Shown piece after piece: positions 37,958 through 46,645 of a stretch of 64,000 nt of DNA (within the stretch, counting starts at the first letter, position 1; each line of letters begins with the position of its first letter). Made by a program: the position numbers and the translations under genes. Origin of the DNA: a virus; IMG/VR virus record IMGVR_UViG_3300036791_000462, positions 32,001 through 96,000 of that record; one strand, written 5' to 3'. The notes beneath the pieces were generated by a model, which saw nothing but the letters and a program-made list of their open reading frames with translations, did no database searches and had not been told where the DNA came from.

Positions 37958-38859
37958 GGTGCTGGGGCGAACGGGATCAGGCTCGCGACCTTACCCTTGT
38001 CGCTCCCGTTCCAGGCTGTCTCGCCCTTCGGCTGCCACGTGTAGACGGTCGAGCCGTCGGTCAGGGTGACGAACACGTGCAGCACGCCCTGGGCGTTGGT
38101 CGAAGCGGAGATGCCTCGGATCTCACTGGGCGCGTCGGCGAGCTTCACGAGCTTCGCGACCTGTTTGCCAGCGGCTCCGCCGTTCCAGGCTGACTCGCCT
38201 TTCTTCTGCCACGTGTACCAGACGGCTTTGCGTTGCGGTCCGACCACGAACGTGTGCAGGCTGCCGTTGTCCGCGACGGCGGATGCGATCATCTCTATCT
38301 CCTCAGGCTTGGGCGGTGTCGGTTCGGGCGAGCTTCCGCTGGCGTGTTGTCGGGCGGCTGCCAGGATCGCCTGGAGCGGGAAACCGGGGCCGCAATCGCT
38401 GTGCCCGCCTCCTGCTGCGCCTAGCTGCTTGTGCTCGCAAACCCCGGCGCTGGCACCCTGTGCTTGGGCGTCGGACAGCGCGACTATCGGAATGCCGAAG
38501 TACGTGGCCTCCTCGGCGATCCAACGAGCTACGTTGTCGAGCATGGCGGGGTGGGCGTTCCATTCCTCCCGGCTCCAGTGCGCAAAAGCACAGATTTCCA
38601 TGTTCATGCTCGGCGGGTTGTAGGCGGCACAGGTCCAGGCCTTGTCGGGCCGTCGCACGTACTCGCCGATCACCCCTGGGGTGGAGTCGATGCCGACGTG
38701 CGAGCTTGCTTGGACGTTGCCCCTGAAGTACGCCCCGAGCGCCTGAAACGTCAAGGCCCCTTCAGCGGTGTGGCAAACCAGGAGCCTTACCCGCGCGCCT
38801 CCGCGCGAGGAGTAGTTAGGGCTCGGGATCAGGGTTCGTTTCAGCGGCGGTGTCGGCAT
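37954..38859 (-). CDS. Endolysin: N-acetylmuramoyl-L-alanine amidase (Amidase_2) with repeated C-terminal binding domain
   Basis: SPNYSSR, LVCHTAE, ASSH, AWT, EIC, HSDCG. Confidence 0.9.
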   Translation of the reverse strand: MPTPPLKRTLIPSPNYSSRGGARVRLLVCHTAEGALTFQALGAYFRGNVQASSHVGIDSTPGVIGEYVRRPDKAWTCAAYNPPSMNMEICAFAHWSREEWNAHPAMLDNVARWIAEEATYFGIPIVALSDAQAQGASAGVCEHKQLGAAGGGHSDCGPGFPLQAILAAARQHASGSSPEPTPPKPEEIEMIASAVADNGSLHTFVVGPQRKAVWYTWQKKGESAWNGGAAGKQVAKLVKLADAPSEIRGISASTNAQGVLHVFVTLTDGSTVYTWQPKGETAWNGSDKGKVASLIPFAPAP

Positions 38860-38974
38860 GTGGGATCTCCTCCGGGTGCGACGGTTCTTCGTCGGGCTCG
38901 GGGTTGGGCTCCGGCCAGTCTGGGTCGTTCTCCTGGTCGTAGATCGTGTGCTCGTAGTCCTCCTGGTCTGTCAC
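38816..38974 (-). CDS. Tiny acidic Pro-rich peptide
   Basis: GTGA coupling to holin stop; MTDQEDYEH...PEPDEEPSHPEE; overlaps amidase start by 44 nt. Confidence 0.4.
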   Translation of the reverse strand: MTDQEDYEHTIYDQENDPDWPEPNPEPDEEPSHPEEIPHADTAAETNPDPEP

Positions 38975-39291
38975 TTCGTGCCTCCTGCGGCTTGCTTGGG
39001 CTGTTCGATCTGCACTGGCTCTGGGACGGGCGTGGCGGCGATCCCCTTCTGCACCTTCTGCTCCCACGCAATCCAGCCTCGCAGCCAGGACTGCTGGCCG
39101 AGCCAGACGAGCAGGCTGGTGAGCCCGAACACGAGCGCTTGGGTCAGCCACTTGGTGATCGAGGATGCGTTGGTGTGCCAGTTGGTGAGGAAGTGCAGAT
39201 GGACGAATAACCAATCCACCACGGCCCCCGAGAGGATCGCGATATACGGACCGGCGAACGCGACGATCCGGTTGAGTGGCACGTTACTCAT
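38971..39291 (-). CDS. Holin
   Basis: Two TM segments, charged C-terminus, located between two endolysins. Confidence 0.7.
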   Translation of the reverse strand: MSNVPLNRIVAFAGPYIAILSGAVVDWLFVHLHFLTNWHTNASSITKWLTQALVFGLTSLLVWLGQQSWLRGWIAWEQKVQKGIAATPVPEPVQIEQPKQAAGGTK

Positions 39292-39298
39292 GAATACC

Positions 39299-40096
39299 TC
39301 ACTTCTTGCGCTTGTACTTGTCGCGCAGCAGCTTGATCGTTTGCGGTCCGACAACGCCGTCGGCGGTGAGCTTGTTCTTCTTCTGGAAGTTCTGCACCGC
39401 CTTGGTCGTGCGGGCTCCGTAGTCGCCGTCGATGGCCGGTGGGATCTTCTTCGCCTTGTCGCCCTTCGGTAGGTAGCCGCCGCGCAGCAGGTAGGTCTGG
39501 ACCTCTTTCACGTCGTTGCCGGTGTCGCCCTGGCGGAGCGTGCGGTCAGGGAGCTTGCCGGTCTTGCCAGGCACCACGGCGTCGCCGAGCGCGCTGGCTC
39601 GCGCGTAGCGTTGCTGGCGGTCTGTGAGCCCGTTGGTACCGCCGTTGATCCGCCGGGTCGCGGCGTTCACGTCGCGCTGGTCAGCGATGGGGTTCAGCCC
39701 GTGCTGCCACCACCACCAGGCGCTGATCCGGAAGGCGTTGCGCGGCTGTGCGGCTAGTTCCGGGTGGTTGATCAGGTCAAGGCCGAGCGCTTTGCCTGCG
39801 GCGGCGTAGTTCGTGCGGCCGGTCAGTTGGATCGGGCCGCGTCCCTTGTACCGTCGGCCGTCGCCAGGTTGGGTGTTGCCGAGATCGGCGCGGCCTTGGT
39901 ACGCGGCCCCGGAGGCGATCTCCTCCATGTACTTGAGGCTGCCGCTTTCGTGTCCCACCTGGCTTAGCCACATTTGCGCGCGTTCGGGGGTGTTGATCTG
40001 GAACTCGTTCATCGCCTGTTCCATGAACGGGAGGTACGCCTGGGCGGTGTGGCGCGGTAGGCCGGGCATCGCTTTCATCAGCGTTTCGACGTTCAC
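39299..40096 (-). CDS. Endolysin: glycoside hydrolase family 19 + peptidoglycan-binding domain
   Basis: QVGHESG, YKGRGPIQLTGRTNY, TRRINGGTNGL; LRQGDTGNDVKEVQ...DGDYG...DGVVGPQT. Confidence 0.92.
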   Translation of the reverse strand: MNVETLMKAMPGLPRHTAQAYLPFMEQAMNEFQINTPERAQMWLSQVGHESGSLKYMEEIASGAAYQGRADLGNTQPGDGRRYKGRGPIQLTGRTNYAAAGKALGLDLINHPELAAQPRNAFRISAWWWWQHGLNPIADQRDVNAATRRINGGTNGLTDRQQRYARASALGDAVVPGKTGKLPDRTLRQGDTGNDVKEVQTYLLRGGYLPKGDKAKKIPPAIDGDYGARTTKAVQNFQKKNKLTADGVVGPQTIKLLRDKYKRKK

Positions 40097-40227
40097 GCGG
40101 GCTCGTCTTCGGTGGGGTGCGCGGGTGTTTCGGACGGCTCATCGGGTGCGATGGGCACGCCGTCGTCGTCGGTGTCGGGCACGTCGGCGTCGTCCAGTTC
40201 GGTGGGGTCGTCCGGCAGGTCAGTCAC
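40093..40227 (-). CDS. Tiny acidic Pro-rich peptide
   Basis: Not in track; GAGGAG RBS, MTDLPDDPTELDDADVPDTDDDGVPIAPDEPSETPAHPTEDEPA*, stop overlaps GH19 start (GTGA). Confidence 0.55.
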   Translation of the reverse strand: MTDLPDDPTELDDADVPDTDDDGVPIAPDEPSETPAHPTEDEPA

Positions 40228-40291
40228 GCGGCGCTCCTCGCGGTTGGGTGTGTGCCGCCGACTGTACGCCCGCGCCCGGCGCGGACCGCAA

Positions 40292-40636
40292 TCAGGCTTC
40301 GATCTGCGCCTGCGGTCTGTGTGGCAGCAGGCGCTCGCCGGACGGTAGCTCGCGGTGCGTCATGTCGATGGGCACGAGGTTGACGATGATCACGATCCCG
40401 CCGGGTTCGAACGTCGCCGAGTGCCCGCGCTCCACCCTGATCGGCGTCAGGTCCAGTCGGCCCCACTCGCCGCGAACCTGCATCGCGCCACGGGTGATCC
40501 AGCCAACGTCCTTGATGTCCCACGTCACCGGGTCGAGGTTGCGAACTGTCAGGTCCGCGTAAAGCGCGAGCGCGATCAGCTTCGGTGGTGCCCAGACCTC
40601 GTCGGTGCCGACGGTGACGAGCGCGTGGGCGGTCAC
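40292..40636 (-). CDS. Hypothetical protein
   Basis: Coupled ORF. Confidence 0.5.
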   Translation of the reverse strand: MTAHALVTVGTDEVWAPPKLIALALYADLTVRNLDPVTWDIKDVGWITRGAMQVRGEWGRLDLTPIRVERGHSATFEPGGIVIIVNLVPIDMTHRELPSGERLLPHRPQAQIEA

Positions 40637-40842
40637 GCCGTGTCGGGCGACTGGTCTTCGGACAGGCCCGAGCGGTCCATGTCAAGCAGGTAGGTTCCGA
40701 CCCGGTCGGACAGGTTCTCCCTGTCGGTCGTGTCGAGGTCGGTGTCCGCGTTCAGTTGCTGGCGGATCTGCTTGAGCCCTTCCCGGTCGGGGAAGCGGCG
40801 CTCGATCTCGTCCGCGTATGCGTTTGCGTCCATAGCGCTCAT
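40633..40842 (-). CDS. Small acidic helical protein (candidate inhibitor of upstream effector)
   Basis: Starts 1 nt after the 891-aa gene stop. Confidence 0.55.
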   Translation of the reverse strand: MSAMDANAYADEIERRFPDREGLKQIRQQLNADTDLDTTDRENLSDRVGTYLLDMDRSGLSEDQSPDTA

Positions 40843-40843
40843 C

Positions 40844-43519
40844 TTAGGCTAATCCCTCGGTTTTGAATGTCCGGTCCAGGTCGCTGACGTTGATGCCCTT
40901 CTCGGCCAGCGGGCCTAGTGATGCTGCGTCTCGCAGCCGTGCCAGATACGCCTGTGCCGGGGAGATCTTCATCACTCCCAGCGCGTTGGACACGTCCCGG
41001 TGGATCCGGTCGATCTGCTCAGCCGGAATGTTTTGGCCCTGCATCCACCTGTCGGCGACTGTCATCGCGTGGTGATGCTCAGCGCTGCGCACTCTTGGCG
41101 CTTCCGCTGTCACCGGTCGCGGGGTCGGCGCTGACGGTTGGTCGATCTGGTCGCCCGCGACCCACAGGCGTCCGCCGTCTTTGAGCACGACCAGCGCGTT
41201 GTTCTCGTTCACGTCGAAGACCGTGCCGTCCAGTTGCCGTCCTGAGCCTGCCAGCGCGAACTTGACCTGGTCGCCCGCCTGCACCTTGCGTCCGCTGGCG
41301 GTGGTGACGGTCGGCATCTCCGTTTTGATGTCGGACAGGTCGGGTGTGACGACGGGGTCAAACGTGCTGTGCGTGATTTGCTTCGCGTCGGGGTGAAGGA
41401 GCGCGCCTCGTAGCGTCTTGACTCCTGGTCGTGACTGTTGCGCGAGCGCGATCAACTCCTGGTGCTGGTCGGCGGTGGCGCGCTGGAACTTCAGTTCGCG
41501 GAGCTTGGAGCGGCGCTGCTCGTCGCTCAGGCCCGCGCTGCGCATGATCGCCCCAACCTGCGCACGGTATTTCGGGTAGGTGCCGCGCACGCGGTAATCC
41601 ATCGGGTGGCGTTTGACGGCTTCGAGCACGTCGGTCATCCCGTAGCTGCGTAGCCAGTCGGCGACCTCCAGGTGTCCTGTCTCCTCGGTCAGCGCCTCCT
41701 CAACGTTGACGCCGAACCCCTTGTAGTCCTGTGCCTGGATGCCGCCGAGCACGCCGACGCCGTGGTTGATCTCGTGCTGGAGGATCTCCAGGTCGTTGTA
41801 GAAGTTCAGCCGCTCGTTGTCGGTCTGCTGCTTACCTTCGGCGCGGGTGGTGAGGAAGTCGCTGGCGTTGTCGAGGTAGCGCTGCTTGATCCCTATCGAC
41901 CCGTTCCAGCGGTGGATGCCAGCGGCGTTGCGGGGGATCCGCTCGGCGTCCACGTGCTTGACGTTCTGCTCGGTTTCGTAGCGCTTGGCGAGTTCGTCCG
42001 CGCGGCCGAGTACGTCGGTCAGCAGTTCGTCCAGGTTCTTCGGCGCTTGGCCGTGTGGCAGCCGGGTGCGGTTCTGCGGGACGATCTCGACCTTCGAGAT
42101 GTTCGGAGCGCGTCTGAGCGCGCCCCCGATGTACTGCGGCTCGACGGTGAGTCTCACGGTCGAGCGGTCGGGCAGGACCAGCTTGCTGGAGAGCGTCGGC
42201 GTGGTGCCGGGCTCCTGGGGTAGCTTCACGGCCCCGAGACGTTCCAGTAGCTGCGTCGCGCTGTACACGTCCATGTTTCCTAGCTCGTGCAGCAGCGCCT
42301 TGTTGTCACGGCCGACCAGCGCCGCTTTGATCGCCTCGTCCTTCTGCACGGCCTCCTCGCGCTTGCGCTTGATCTCGTCCTGAGCCTCCTGCCAGACGCG
42401 CACGTCGTCGGCGCGCTGCTCGGGCGTCACGATCATGTGGTCCCAAACCATCGAGCCGTGGCCCGCGTTGACGACCTCCAGCGGACGTTGGTACTCGGGG
42501 TCTGAGGGGTTGCCGCCTCGGCGCATGTGCAGCACGAGCGAGTCGGGCGGCTGGCCGGGGCCGACCTCCTTGTCGAACCGGGTGACGCCCTCCACGCCTT
42601 CGGGGAGGCTGCCTGCGGATAGCTCGCCACGGTTCTGGGACACCTTCATCCGCCAGCCCGAGTCGATGGTGTGCAGCGCGTTGACGACAGTGTTGGCGTT
42701 GTCGCCCGGTTTGACGTGGGCGAACGGGTTCTCCTGGATCGCGGCGAGCTTCGCGCTCGCGACCTCGCTGTCGGTTGGGCGAAACGCGGTGACCTTGCCG
42801 ACCTGCACGCCGCCGGGGGTGTCGTCCACACGCAGCGCACGGCCCTGCCCGTTGGGGTGAACGAACTCCATCCAGTCGTCGCCGTTTTCGTTGACGACCT
42901 TCGGGCGGCTGTAGCCCGCACCGCGCATCGAGTTGCGAACGGTCTGCGGGTCGCCGTGGGTCAGCAGCGCGGCGACCGGGTCGCTGTTCGGGATCGGGGG
43001 GTGCAGTTCGGCGCTGGCGTCGGCGACGGTGCCGCCTGGTGCTTCGCCGAACCCTGGTCCCTTGAGCGTCAGGTGCAGGTCCGCTCCCTGCGTGTGCGAA
43101 CGGAAGACCTGTTTGCGGTTGTCGCCGCTGACGTAGTGGAAGTCAAGCGGCATCGGGTGCCCGCCGCGAGCGGCGGTTTCGAGCGACATCGAGCCGCTGC
43201 GGATCTCGCTCATCGTCTGGCCGATCAGCCCGGCGGCGAGGTCGTGCGACGGGTGTGTCTCATCGAGGATCGCGGGCGGGCGCTCCAGCGTTTCGATCCA
43301 CTTGCCGCCGCGTCCTCGCGGGTGCTCAAACGCTTTGAAGTCCGCTTCGCTGATCTCGCCGTACAGCGACTGTTCGATCTCGCGGTCGATCTGCTCAAGC
43401 TCGGCGCGGTCCTGTGCGCTCATCTGATCCCAGTTGCGCCGGGCCTGTTCGATCTCCTGCTCGGTGGGTTCCTCAGCCCCGACCTGGCCGTCGGTGATCT
43501 TCAGCGGTTCGGGGTTCAC
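40844..43519 (-). CDS. HPRGRGG-tagged multidomain protein with gluzincin metallopeptidase motif
   Basis: ISEADFKAFEHPRGRGGKW; LQHEINHG...VEEALTE; SH3-like VQAGDQVKF...GTVFDV. Confidence 0.7.
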   Translation of the reverse strand: MNPEPLKITDGQVGAEEPTEQEIEQARRNWDQMSAQDRAELEQIDREIEQSLYGEISEADFKAFEHPRGRGGKWIETLERPPAILDETHPSHDLAAGLIGQTMSEIRSGSMSLETAARGGHPMPLDFHYVSGDNRKQVFRSHTQGADLHLTLKGPGFGEAPGGTVADASAELHPPIPNSDPVAALLTHGDPQTVRNSMRGAGYSRPKVVNENGDDWMEFVHPNGQGRALRVDDTPGGVQVGKVTAFRPTDSEVASAKLAAIQENPFAHVKPGDNANTVVNALHTIDSGWRMKVSQNRGELSAGSLPEGVEGVTRFDKEVGPGQPPDSLVLHMRRGGNPSDPEYQRPLEVVNAGHGSMVWDHMIVTPEQRADDVRVWQEAQDEIKRKREEAVQKDEAIKAALVGRDNKALLHELGNMDVYSATQLLERLGAVKLPQEPGTTPTLSSKLVLPDRSTVRLTVEPQYIGGALRRAPNISKVEIVPQNRTRLPHGQAPKNLDELLTDVLGRADELAKRYETEQNVKHVDAERIPRNAAGIHRWNGSIGIKQRYLDNASDFLTTRAEGKQQTDNERLNFYNDLEILQHEINHGVGVLGGIQAQDYKGFGVNVEEALTEETGHLEVADWLRSYGMTDVLEAVKRHPMDYRVRGTYPKYRAQVGAIMRSAGLSDEQRRSKLRELKFQRATADQHQELIALAQQSRPGVKTLRGALLHPDAKQITHSTFDPVVTPDLSDIKTEMPTVTTASGRKVQAGDQVKFALAGSGRQLDGTVFDVNENNALVVLKDGGRLWVAGDQIDQPSAPTPRPVTAEAPRVRSAEHHHAMTVADRWMQGQNIPAEQIDRIHRDVSNALGVMKISPAQAYLARLRDAASLGPLAEKGINVSDLDRTFKTEGLA

Positions 43520-45042
43520 GTCTTCCTCCGCTTCGCTGCGGCGGCGGCTCTGCGTGCCGTCTCGGCTTCCACGTCGGCGTCCTGGCGGCGCTGCTGTTCA
43601 GTCCAGACGACGGCCTGTAGCTCGTGCGGTTTGAGCCCCACCCTGTCGGCGACGGCGTGCACACGGTTCGCGGTCCACAGGTAGCCGCTGTTCTTGGCGG
43701 TGGGTTTACCTGAGCCGATCACGATCTCGCCCGCCTTGTCGTAGTCGGCACGGGCGGTTTCGCCGAGCAGCGCGCGGGCCATCAGCGTGTCCACGGTGAC
43801 GGTCGTCGGCTGGTCGGGGAACGCGAGGTTGTTGTAGAAGCTGCGGGTCTTCGGGTAGCTCAGCACCGCGTCGGGGTTCTCGCCTCGGTACAGGCGCAGC
43901 GCGGCTTTCAGCGAGTTGCGCATCATCGTCGGGCGCTCCAGCCTGGCAGCGAGCGCGTTCGGGTCTTCGTTGGGATGCGCCCTGGCGATCTTCATCGCGC
44001 GCAGCGCCGCTTCGAGGTTCTCGTACTTGCCCGCTTTCGGGCCGGTCTGCCACTGCCAGCGCATGCGCGGTGAGGTCGCGGCAACCATCGCGGTCAGCAC
44101 CGCCGGGTCCACGTTGTTCTTTGCGGCGACCTGCCCGATCAGGTTGTGCGCGTCGGCGTACCAGCGCGCGTCGTGCTCGCCGTGACCGGTGCTCATCGCC
44201 TGGCGGTACATCTCCTCGAAGCGAGCCTCCGCCTGGGCGTCGGTTAGCTCCACGCGGCTGTGTTCGTGTCCGCGCTGCTCCAGCGGCGTGACGCGGCCGA
44301 GGTCGCCCTGTTCCTGGGCGGTCGGTTCGCGGGTGTGCTTGTCCCACTCCTCGGGGAGTCCCAGCCCGATGCCCTTCTTGCCGGGCGCGGTGTAGACGGT
44401 GACGTGCGGCGGCGGCACGGGGATCTTCTCGCCCGCCTGTTCGGAGAGCTTGTCGTACAGATCGGAGGCACCCTCGACTTTTGCGGGGATCACGAGCGAA
44501 CGTCGATCACCCTTCTCGGCGATACGCCACGGCGGTCCGATGTGCGTGACGCTCACCGGCGCGTTCTGCACCTGGTTGGCCATCTGCTTCAGCGTCGCCT
44601 CGTCGGTGATGGAGGTCGCGCGCTTGACCCGCCGGGAGTCGAACATCGTGACGTGCGGGTTTCGCACCTTCTCCCAGCGCTCACCGCCGACGGTGATCGT
44701 TTGCGGCAGGTCGGGCAGCTTGACCTCCAGCCCCCGGTAGTGCTCGCCCTTGTGCAGCGAGGAGGTGATCCACTTGCCCCCACGTCCGCGCGGGTGCTCC
44801 AGGTCATCCCAGACGCTTTCGGTTAGCTCGCTGTCGCCGTTGCCCGCGAGCGCCTGCACCTGCTGCCAGAACTCCCAGTCGTCGTCGTGGGTCGCGTCGT
44901 CCGGTGGGAGCGACAGGTCGGGCCAGCGGTCGCTGACAGTCGCAGCGGCTTGCGCCCAGTCTGGGCCGCCGCGTTTGACGACCTGCAGATCGCCGGGTTT
45001 CCAGGCGAAGCGGTCGGTGGGGTCGGGTTCCTCGACGGCCAT
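43516..45042 (-). CDS. HPRGRGG-tagged fusion: 2H phosphoesterase + HhH glycosylase-like (DUF7178-like) domain
   Basis: Two HxT motifs (NPHVTMF, PPHVTVY); WYADAH, AATSP, KTRSFYNN, VTVDTLMAR, ELQAVVW; leaderless start MAVEE. Confidence 0.75.
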   Translation of the reverse strand: MAVEEPDPTDRFAWKPGDLQVVKRGGPDWAQAAATVSDRWPDLSLPPDDATHDDDWEFWQQVQALAGNGDSELTESVWDDLEHPRGRGGKWITSSLHKGEHYRGLEVKLPDLPQTITVGGERWEKVRNPHVTMFDSRRVKRATSITDEATLKQMANQVQNAPVSVTHIGPPWRIAEKGDRRSLVIPAKVEGASDLYDKLSEQAGEKIPVPPPHVTVYTAPGKKGIGLGLPEEWDKHTREPTAQEQGDLGRVTPLEQRGHEHSRVELTDAQAEARFEEMYRQAMSTGHGEHDARWYADAHNLIGQVAAKNNVDPAVLTAMVAATSPRMRWQWQTGPKAGKYENLEAALRAMKIARAHPNEDPNALAARLERPTMMRNSLKAALRLYRGENPDAVLSYPKTRSFYNNLAFPDQPTTVTVDTLMARALLGETARADYDKAGEIVIGSGKPTAKNSGYLWTANRVHAVADRVGLKPHELQAVVWTEQQRRQDADVEAETARRAAAAAKRRKT

Positions 45043-45052
45043 TCTACCTATT

Positions 45053-46645
45053 TTAGCGCACATCCTGTGCTTGCGGCGGCAGGGCTTCCAGGATCACGCT
45101 GCGGTTGCCCCACTGGTCCTCGTTGACCTCCGCGACGCGGAACGTCGTGTTGCGGGGCAGCAGCACCTCGGACTCGGGTAGTCCCGAGCCGCCGCCGATG
45201 TGCAGTCCTTCCTCGAACGCGAAGGCGTGGATGCCAGCCGGTAGCCGGATCGAGGTCACCTCGTCGCCGGGTCTGGCGGCTATCGGGCTGCGCAGTGACG
45301 TGGACACGAACGCGGGATCGCGGACCTCGTCGCCGACGTGCAGGTTCGCGAACTGGCCGACCGGGCCGCCTCGGTAGACGGTGACGTTCTCCTTCAGGGT
45401 GGACTTGCCGATGGCGGAGTCGAGCCGGTCGATCATCTGTCCGACGGTCGCGCCGCTCGGGGGTGTCGAGTACCACGCCGACGGCGAGTCGCGGGTGACC
45501 TCGGGGTTGAGGTTGCGCAGGAACTCGTTGACGTGCACGAACCCGGACGCCTGGTAGGACGACAGCGCCCACTGTTCGTCGGTTGTCGTGCCGCTGCTGG
45601 TGAACGCCTTGTTCGCGAACTCGCGGGCGGATTGCATCTGGGTTTTGAACTCGCCCTCGTCGGATGGTTCGCGAGCACCGAACCCCTGCGTCTGCCACGA
45701 CTCGGGCTCGGGCCACTTCGCAGGCTCAGGCTCTGGCGGCTGCTCGCGCAGGTCAAGCTCGCCTTTCCAGTGGGAGCCGATCATCAGTTCCTTGCCCGGC
45801 CAGTTGCGCGTCTTGGGCGGGCCGGTGCCGGTCGAGTAGTCGTGACGTTCGGGTGGGGTTTCCCACCACCAGTGATCGAGCCCCCATCCGGCTAGCTCCG
45901 CTTCGGAGCCGAACTCCCCGGCGGTCAGCTTGCGCTCCAGTTCGGTCATCGTCTGCTCGGTGGCGCGGCTGGCGATCTGTTTCCAGCGGCCGTCCTTCTT
46001 GGCGTCGGCGAGGATCTGTTTCTGCACCGCCTGCTTGTTGCCGGTCCAGACGAACCCGCGTCTCGCCCAGGCGTAACCGCCGACGGACACCGCTTCCACA
46101 TCGGCCTTGTCCACCCCGGCGTCGCGCAGCGTGCCGAGGAAGTGGTTGGTGAACGCCGCCCCGAACCCGTTGCCCTGCTCGGAGCCGCGCAGGTAGATGT
46201 TCGACAGTTCGGCATGCCGTTCGCCACGGAGGTTCGGTGGCTTCAGCGTGACGCGAGCGAGCCCCACCGGTTCGATCTCCCCGACCTTCTGGAGGTTGAG
46301 CCACACCTCCCCGTACAGGTTCTGGGTTTTGGTGCGACCGGAGCGGACAGCGACGATCCCGGCGTGCTGGAACCCGTCCATCGCTTTGGCGAAGTCCTCG
46401 CCGGTGAAGCTCTCCCCGACACGTGGCGCTGCGGGTTTCGCGACACCTGGCTCGGGCGCAGATGTGTGGTGGTGGATGCCGCTGGTGATCCACTCGCCGC
46501 CCCGACCGCGTGGGTGTAGCCACTCGATGAAGTGCGCTTCCTGTAGCTCCTCGCCGTCGTTGTCGGTTGGCACGTCCACGGTCGCGAGCAGGCGTGCGAC
46601 CTCGTCTTCGGGTACGCCGAGGAACAACGCAGTCGGAACGGTCAT
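45053..46645 (-). CDS. HPRGRGG-tagged fusion: GNAT acetyltransferase + R-S-E ADP-ribosyltransferase (VIP2/Alt-like)
   Basis: EQGNGFG acetyl-CoA motif, GGYAWARRGF; Y...VNEFLR, VYRG, FVSTS, ESEVLLPR. Confidence 0.85.
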   Translation of the reverse strand: MTVPTALFLGVPEDEVARLLATVDVPTDNDGEELQEAHFIEWLHPRGRGGEWITSGIHHHTSAPEPGVAKPAAPRVGESFTGEDFAKAMDGFQHAGIVAVRSGRTKTQNLYGEVWLNLQKVGEIEPVGLARVTLKPPNLRGERHAELSNIYLRGSEQGNGFGAAFTNHFLGTLRDAGVDKADVEAVSVGGYAWARRGFVWTGNKQAVQKQILADAKKDGRWKQIASRATEQTMTELERKLTAGEFGSEAELAGWGLDHWWWETPPERHDYSTGTGPPKTRNWPGKELMIGSHWKGELDLREQPPEPEPAKWPEPESWQTQGFGAREPSDEGEFKTQMQSAREFANKAFTSSGTTTDEQWALSSYQASGFVHVNEFLRNLNPEVTRDSPSAWYSTPPSGATVGQMIDRLDSAIGKSTLKENVTVYRGGPVGQFANLHVGDEVRDPAFVSTSLRSPIAARPGDEVTSIRLPAGIHAFAFEEGLHIGGGSGLPESEVLLPRNTTFRVAEVNEDQWGNRSVILEALPPQAQDVR

